Virus record (IMG/VR): IMGVR_UViG_3300034072_001021
Location: 124,001 to 188,000 of that record
Reading direction: 5' to 3' (one strand)
Length of the DNA: 64,000 nucleotides
Both the position numbers and the translations under genes were made by a program. Shown here one piece after another: positions 58,888 through 64,000 of this stretch. The notes under the pieces were generated by a model, which saw nothing but the letters and a program-made list of their open reading frames with translations, searched no databases and was not told the DNA's origin. The first letter of the stretch is position 1. Each line of letters begins with the position of its first letter.

Positions 58888-59304
58888 ATGAATCCTTTTG
58901 CATCGTTGGAAAGTATCCTCTCCCCTCAAGGTGAACCGGAAGCTCCGTCTATCGGTCTGCTGGTAGAGGACTGGGATGAGAACCTGAGACATGATGTCCA
59001 ACAGATCGTGGACACTGGGTATCAGGTGGTGGTGATTCCTACTGGCTCAACTTCGATGGAAGTCAAGAGTGCAGATGAAGAACAAATGGGTACGGGTGAT
59101 CCTGTCTCCATGATAGAACTGGATCATCACGAGCCTCGTGTCCTGTTCTACTACAAAGGTAAGCCCGAGAATGCTGCTGAAGGCATCCCTGTGCTGATCG
59201 TGGAAGAAGGCAAGGTGAAAGTGGACATGGAGGGTCGGGTCAAGGAGTTGGCTGAGCATTTAGGACTGCTTGATGAGGAATTCGACTATGTGGATCGTTG
59301 TTGA
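58888..59304 (+). CDS. Acidic hypothetical protein, possibly head-associated
   Basis: N-terminal ASLES motif. Confidence 0.6.
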   Translation: MNPFASLESILSPQGEPEAPSIGLLVEDWDENLRHDVQQIVDTGYQVVVIPTGSTSMEVKSADEEQMGTGDPVSMIELDHHEPRVLFYYKGKPENAAEGIPVLIVEEGKVKVDMEGRVKELAEHLGLLDEEFDYVDRC

Positions 59305-59605
59305 AGCAATACTGATCACAATTGTCGTAGCGCTGTCTCTCTGGCCCTACATCACCCACTTCATCCGTGAGAAGAAATTCCACGGAGCTTGTTACGAGAT
59401 GGGTGTGGCGTACATTGAAGTGTTCTACCAGACGATCAGACATCGTTTCGTAGATGCGATAGGTACGCTGGCATTGTTGTTCTTGCTGTGTGCCGTATTC
59501 AGTAACTTTGCCATCGCTATGGCCATCTATTTCATCCACATCATGATCGTGGGTAAGATAGCTATCCATTACGGACATGAGCCTGGTAGTGTCGAGTGGA
59601 AATAG
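59288..59605 (+). CDS. Multi-pass membrane protein
   Basis: GAGGA RBS at ATG 59288; about 3 hydrophobic segments. Confidence 0.6.
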   Translation: MWIVVEAILITIVVALSLWPYITHFIREKKFHGACYEMGVAYIEVFYQTIRHRFVDAIGTLALLFLLCAVFSNFAIAMAIYFIHIMIVGKIAIHYGHEPGSVEWK

Positions 59606-59634
59606 TAGGGAGGGCATTTGCCCTCCCTATGCCG
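59606..59634 (+). terminator. Hairpin with TATGCCG flank
   Basis: TAGGGAGGGCA-TT-TGCCCTCCCTA then TGCCG. Confidence 0.7.
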
Positions 59635-59638
59635 AGTG

Positions 59639-59667
59639 GATTGAACCAATACTGAAAGATACATTAC
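59639..59667 (+). promoter_or_regulatory. Putative early promoter GATT-N16-ATACATTAC
   Basis: Bipartite motif. Confidence 0.7.
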
Positions 59668-59719
59668 AGAGGGGATATGGAGAATGACTCTCCATCACCT
59701 ATGGTCTCAGGAGACTTAC

Positions 59720-60052
59720 ATGTCCATCATTCAGATGTTCGATTATTCCATCAGTGCTCTGACGGTAGTGTGCTACCTGCTCAGTGTGATCATGACCGTC
59801 AAATACGGTAATGAGTCCTGGAAGGGCTATTGCATCATGACTCACAAGGTCATGGCTCAGTCTTTCTTCAGCAAGACCTGGATCGCTGCGGTGAATATCA
59901 TCGCCCTGGCGTCCTTGTTCTCTGCCTTGTTTTATTTCAAGGTCTACGCCTTTGTTGTGGTGAATGTCATTCTGCTACTGGTCACGATTGTGGTGTCTGT
60001 GATCGGTGAAGAGGTGATCGACCGCGAATCCAACCATGCCGAAGATCAATAG
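59720..60052 (+). CDS. Multi-pass membrane protein
   Basis: AGGAG RBS at ATG 59720; 3 hydrophobic segments. Confidence 0.65.
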   Translation: MSIIQMFDYSISALTVVCYLLSVIMTVKYGNESWKGYCIMTHKVMAQSFFSKTWIAAVNIIALASLFSALFYFKVYAFVVVNVILLLVTIVVSVIGEEVIDRESNHAEDQ

Positions 60053-60060
60053 GAGATCTC

Positions 60061-60549
60061 ATGCACCTCAATCAAGCCATCGACAGTTTCAATGATGCTG
60101 TCCATTACGTAGGTAAGTACTACGGCTGGATCGCTGATGCCACTCTCTACCTACCGTTTACCTTCTTGCTTCTACGGCAAGGCCATCAGGCAGCAACAGC
60201 TTATCCGGAAACGATATCGCATGCGAAGTACTTATTCGGTCCCGCGTGCATCAATCGTCTCTTGGTAGTATCAGACGACAACATGCCTCAGATGGATCGT
60301 CAACTGCGCATGGACATCGAAGAGGTGTTCAAGGTGGTCGCGTTTGAACTGAACTACCTGATGGATAAGGTCAGGAGAGTCGAAAACAAGATGCCGTGCG
60401 TCAATGAGATGGGCCGTTTGATCATGGCATTCAAGGACACGTTCAGTGGCATGCATATGCGACAAGTGGAATCTGAACTGGCGATCAATTACCTGCGCGA
60501 GTGCCAGAACAGTTACTTGGAAGCACGACTCACCTGGTTCACTAAGTGA
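60061..60549 (+). CDS. Hypothetical protein
   Basis: AGGAG RBS, 162 aa. Confidence 0.65.
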   Translation: MHLNQAIDSFNDAVHYVGKYYGWIADATLYLPFTFLLLRQGHQAATAYPETISHAKYLFGPACINRLLVVSDDNMPQMDRQLRMDIEEVFKVVAFELNYLMDKVRRVENKMPCVNEMGRLIMAFKDTFSGMHMRQVESELAINYLRECQNSYLEARLTWFTK

Positions 60550-60551
60550 CG

Positions 60552-60590
60552 CGACATAGGTAGGGGCACTGGCCCCTACCTATGCTTTTT
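60552..60590. terminator. Hairpin with CGACATA flank and T-tract
   Basis: CATAGGTAGGGGC-ACTG-GCCCCTACCTATG then CTTTTT. Confidence 0.8.
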
Positions 60591-60602
60591 CTTTGGTTAA
60601 AA

Positions 60603-61427
60603 TTAACGCTTAGGGCCAACGATATAGCGAAGCAGTCTGCGATGCTGCTCTTTGTTTGCCATGACCGATGCCTTTCTCCATTTGTCACGGAGATGCTCTT
60701 TGTACATGGTGTTGGCATCGGCGTACGAATCAACGATCTCACGAATACGGCCTAGCGAGGCACCACCACGGATAGCACCTTCATCGAGTTCGATGATAGC
60801 GCGGTTGTAGATGAATGCTTTCGTAGCCAGAATAACCAATTCGGTGAACGGATCTGCAAAACTGGACGGGATGTTCTGCAGGTTCGGATCGTGACTGACC
60901 AGACAACGCAGATAGGCAATGCCGGGGATGCGTGCCATGTTGGTAACCATGACAGTGTTGTCGGCTACCAGTGTGCAGTAGGCAGTCTGGAGTTGAGTCC
61001 ACGGGATGTTGGACTGAATGACCCCCTGAACAGCTTCCAGAACAGCTGAACGATCTTCAGAGATCACACCGGTATGACCTAGTGCATGACCTTGACCATA
61101 ACCCACGCCGTAGACTTCAGTGATACTGCGACCTTGAGTCAGATCTTTAGGGATACGGTAGATCATCGTCCAGTTGTCGACACGCTCAACCTCAGCGTTG
61201 TTCAATGGGACGAAGATCTCGACACCGGAACTGAGATCCAGGTCAACCAGCACACGGGCTTCAATGACCTGACGACGAATCACTGTGTCAGTGCTGATGC
61301 CGGTGCTGTAATCACGTACGAGGCCGTCTTTGGTCGGATCGTAACGCGTCGGTGAAAAGGTGTAACGAAGCACTTCACGAGGGATTTCGAACTTAACCCT
61401 GTCCAGTGCAACCGTGATAAGATCCAT
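60603..61427 (-). CDS. Conserved-looking jumbo-phage protein, probably virion assembly
   Basis: 274 aa, GAGGT RBS, divergent from phuZ. Confidence 0.6.
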   Translation of the reverse strand: MDLITVALDRVKFEIPREVLRYTFSPTRYDPTKDGLVRDYSTGISTDTVIRRQVIEARVLVDLDLSSGVEIFVPLNNAEVERVDNWTMIYRIPKDLTQGRSITEVYGVGYGQGHALGHTGVISEDRSAVLEAVQGVIQSNIPWTQLQTAYCTLVADNTVMVTNMARIPGIAYLRCLVSHDPNLQNIPSSFADPFTELVILATKAFIYNRAIIELDEGAIRGGASLGRIREIVDSYADANTMYKEHLRDKWRKASVMANKEQHRRLLRYIVGPKR

Positions 61428-61537
61428 GGATGCAAACCTCTATAAACAAAAGTACACATGATTGGTTTCCAATCTATGTGCTAAATGGCTATCTTTGTTT
61501 GACCTTCATAGGTCATGACCCATTTCGATCTGAAGGA

Positions 61538-61566
61538 TAATCGAATATTCTACGGGAATACATTAT
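61538..61566 (+). promoter_or_regulatory. Putative early promoter TAAT-N16-ATACATTAT for phuZ
   Basis: Perfect core with a degenerate upstream element. Confidence 0.6.
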
Positions 61567-61631
61567 CCATGTACAGAGACATACGAATTTCTGTTTTACA
61601 ACCCGCAACATCATCCATTGAGGAGATACAC

Positions 61632-62621
61632 ATGCAACAAGGTCTTTCTACCCGTCCTGTTGGTAAAGTGAGGATCTATGGGTGCGGCGGAGGTGGCGTA
61701 AACATCGGTAAAGAGTACATCGAAAACGGTCACTCTGCCGATCTCGCCAACATCGAAGTCGCCTTCATCGACACCTCCGACTCGAACCTCGAAGACCGCC
61801 TGGTCGATCGCACCTGGCTCTTCGATCAACTCGACGGCTCCGGCGCTATCCGCAACAGCAACGACAAGACCATCGCCAAGCACATCCCCGACATCCTGCG
61901 CAAGTTCGAGCCGGGCGACGTCAACATCGTGATCTTCACCCTGGCCGGTGGTACTGGTTCGGTAGCTGGTCCGCTGATCCTGAAGCAACTGCTGGAAGAC
62001 GGCCACATGGCCATGGCCGTGGTCATCGGTGCCAAGCAATCCCTGCGCAACGCCGAGAACACCATCGCTTCGGTCAAGACCCTCGACGCCATCGCTCGTG
62101 CCTCCGGTAAGCCGGTCATCATGCACCTGGGCTTCAACGCCAGCAAGTCCGTCTCCGACGCCGATGTCGACCGTGAAGCTCACGGCATGATCTCTGCTCT
62201 GTCGGTACTGTGCTCGCGTCGTAACCACGGCCTGGACACCGCAGACCTGCGTTCGTTCTTCGACTTCACCAAGTCGACCGGCGCTCCTGCTCAACTGGCT
62301 CGCATCCATGTGACCGACAACGTCGACTTCTTCGATCGCACCATGAACAACGGCGGCCTGTCGGCTGCTTACCTGTTGCGTGAGCAGAACGACGAGACCC
62401 CCGGCACCTTCGTACCCTACTGCACCTACGGCACCATGCCGTCGATCGCGCAGTTCAACAGCAGCCTGTTCTTCGGTATCGAGAACGGTACGCTGGCGGA
62501 CTTCCGTGAGCACGTGCAGCAACTGCAGAAGGAAATCGACATGCAGAAGCGCACCACCAGCGAGGCCGTTGGCTTCCTCGGCGCTGATGACAAGCTGTCC
62601 GACACCGGTCTGGTGTTGTAA
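61632..62621 (+). CDS. phuZ: PhuZ phage tubulin (spindle protein)
   Basis: GCGGGGVNIG, FIDTS, DGSG, tubulin signature AGGTGS, T7 loop LDTAD, C-terminal DTGLVL; GAGGAG RBS at ATG 61632. Confidence 0.95.
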   Translation: MQQGLSTRPVGKVRIYGCGGGGVNIGKEYIENGHSADLANIEVAFIDTSDSNLEDRLVDRTWLFDQLDGSGAIRNSNDKTIAKHIPDILRKFEPGDVNIVIFTLAGGTGSVAGPLILKQLLEDGHMAMAVVIGAKQSLRNAENTIASVKTLDAIARASGKPVIMHLGFNASKSVSDADVDREAHGMISALSVLCSRRNHGLDTADLRSFFDFTKSTGAPAQLARIHVTDNVDFFDRTMNNGGLSAAYLLREQNDETPGTFVPYCTYGTMPSIAQFNSSLFFGIENGTLADFREHVQQLQKEIDMQKRTTSEAVGFLGADDKLSDTGLVL

Positions 62622-62632
62622 GTAGCATTGAG

Positions 62633-62667
62633 GACTGTGGGAGGAAACTCCCACAGTCTTTATGCCG
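62633..62667 (+). terminator. Hairpin with TATGCCG flank
   Basis: GACTGTGGGAG-GAAA-CTCCCACAGTC-TT-TATGCCG. Confidence 0.75.
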
Positions 62668-62695
62668 TCTCTGATTAAACCGATAAGGACACGCA

Positions 62696-63157
62696 ATGAG
62701 TAACAGTAAAGCTCCAAATGCAGTAGTCGTCTCTGCACAACGCTTGCAAGATCTGCGTGATCTTTGCCAACCTTCGAATTTCAATACCACTGAGCAAGCA
62801 CACAATGCCTTGCACGACGGTATCAGCAAACTGCTGAATGAGCGCAACGGTGTTGAGATCGTTCCTCATCGACTGATGATCGCCGATCGTTTCAAAGTAA
62901 ACAAAGATTCTGAAGAAGTCTGGATCGTCACTGATCGCATTCGTGAATCTACGATCAACTTTAGTTCGTCCATCGTCCATGGCCTTGAGATCAATTCGTT
63001 CATAACGTCGAAGCCAGATAGGCTAATCGTGGTAACTGACACCGGTAGTAAAGACGGATACCTGAATCTTGATACGGGTATTCTGTACGAAACTATCGAC
63101 GGCATTGACATGACAATCGATCATGTCAATAAAGTCTATCTCATCAGCCAGCTTTAA
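62696..63157 (+). CDS. Hypothetical protein
   Basis: AAGGA RBS, 153 aa. Confidence 0.65.
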   Translation: MSNSKAPNAVVVSAQRLQDLRDLCQPSNFNTTEQAHNALHDGISKLLNERNGVEIVPHRLMIADRFKVNKDSEEVWIVTDRIRESTINFSSSIVHGLEINSFITSKPDRLIVVTDTGSKDGYLNLDTGILYETIDGIDMTIDHVNKVYLISQL

Positions 63158-63171
63158 CCAGGAGCATCATC

Positions 63172-63891
63172 ATGCAAGTTACCGTAACCGATAAAGGCAC
63201 CATCCTCGACGCCGATGGCAAGCCGATGTATCAGCTGATCACTGAACCACATCGCACCGATGCGTTCATGTACGAAGATACCTTCGGCGGTGCCATCCTG
63301 ATGCGCGTAGGCTTCATCTCTCCGATCCCGCCGCGCCATCTCGATAACGGCGATTACGTCCATGACTCGCGCCCGATCGCATGGCCGCTCATCCATCCGT
63401 ACTGGGTAGTGCGCATGTCCGAAGACGCGAACATGATGATGGCCTACGTCGAGTCCGTCGATGATCTCAAAGTCTACTGGCCCGAAGCTACCGAGATCAC
63501 TGTGTTCGAAGAGAACGTCACCAAGTACCGTTTCAACAGTAACTTCCAGAAGCCGTCCTGGCTGGCCGAAGTACATCATCCGGACTTCAAGGTACTGCCG
63601 CACCGTCTGGGCGCATTCCGCATCTTCAATCCGAACGATGCAGATCTGAACATCATCGGCTTCGGTCCGGACGTCGACTACGCCGTCCAGCTGAACAACC
63701 ACAAGCTGGAATACGGCGTCCATGACAACGCCGAGTTCCAGGAAATGTACGATGGTCTCGAGAACGGCTGGCGCGATCTGCAGATCGAATACTACCCGGC
63801 CGAAACCATCGAGCTGGCCGAGAAGAAAGCCAAAGAACTGATCGCGTTCCACACCCCGATGGCCGAGATCCCGACCGAACTCCACATCTAA
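63172..63891 (+). CDS. Two-domain protein with degenerate GIY-YIG-like C-terminus
   Basis: AGGAG RBS; GAFRIFN...IIG...HKLEYGVHDNAEFQEMY pattern. Confidence 0.55.
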   Translation: MQVTVTDKGTILDADGKPMYQLITEPHRTDAFMYEDTFGGAILMRVGFISPIPPRHLDNGDYVHDSRPIAWPLIHPYWVVRMSEDANMMMAYVESVDDLKVYWPEATEITVFEENVTKYRFNSNFQKPSWLAEVHHPDFKVLPHRLGAFRIFNPNDADLNIIGFGPDVDYAVQLNNHKLEYGVHDNAEFQEMYDGLENGWRDLQIEYYPAETIELAEKKAKELIAFHTPMAEIPTELHI

Positions 63892-63901
63892 GGAAAACCA
63901 C

Positions 63902-64000
63902 ATGGCGCAGGTAATCATTGCAACCGTACGTGTCGACAACCTTGACGATCACTATGATCTCTATGCTTACCTGCGTGACTCATGTATCCCGGATGTCAGA
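63902..64000 (+). CDS. Partial hypothetical protein (runs off the window end)
   Basis: AAGGA RBS; MAQVIIATVRVDNLDDHYDLY... open to the end of the window. Confidence 0.6.
   Translation, partial: MAQVIIATVRVDNLDDHYDLYAYLRDSCIPDVR

Noticed and set aside
61515-61631. Upstream extensions of phuZ, and likewise 40844-40987, 27734-27775 and 11869-11904
   Set aside because: They span promoter motifs and leaders; strong RBSs mark the downstream starts.
1-64000. Chimallin (nuclear shell), major capsid, non-virion RNAP and DNA polymerase genes
   Set aside because: Not recognisable in this window; nucleus formation is inferred from phuZ and the core gene set only.

Overview
A 64-kb segment of a PhiKZ-like, nucleus-forming jumbo myophage (Chimalliviridae-type). 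It has no rRNA, tRNA or CRISPR array, and no intact mobile element that I can see. Evidence for the assignment: PhuZ tubulin; three split virion RNA polymerase subunits (PhiKZ gp149-, gp180- and gp178-like); prohead protease (gp175-like); a 2,133-aa gp181-like tail protein with a transglycosylase domain; the tail tube/sheath/gp28-27-26/terminase block; central spike plus PAAR tip; SbcC, RNase H and UvsX. PhiKZ gp numbers come from motifs, size and recalled gene order, not from database searches. Two accessory early-gene islands (about 39.8-44.5 kb and 57.4-60.5 kb) carry small unknown and membrane proteins. The most notable non-coding signals are: (i) a bipartite early-promoter motif, GATT-N16-ATACAT, with fixed spacing at 7 sites; (ii) TATG late promoters arranged face-to-face in divergent intergenic gaps; (iii) a family of about 10 purine-rich hairpins flanked by CG(G/A)CATA...TATG(C/T)CG; (iv) a strand-specific structured element at 58.6-58.8 kb (GNA-triloop/sheared-GA hairpins bracketed by G-tracts) that may be an origin, packaging site or ncRNA. 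Coding highlights are a possible divergent HU-like protein, a candidate spanin pair, three small single-TM proteins, a glycine-rich hydrophobic head protein and a degenerate GIY-YIG fusion.
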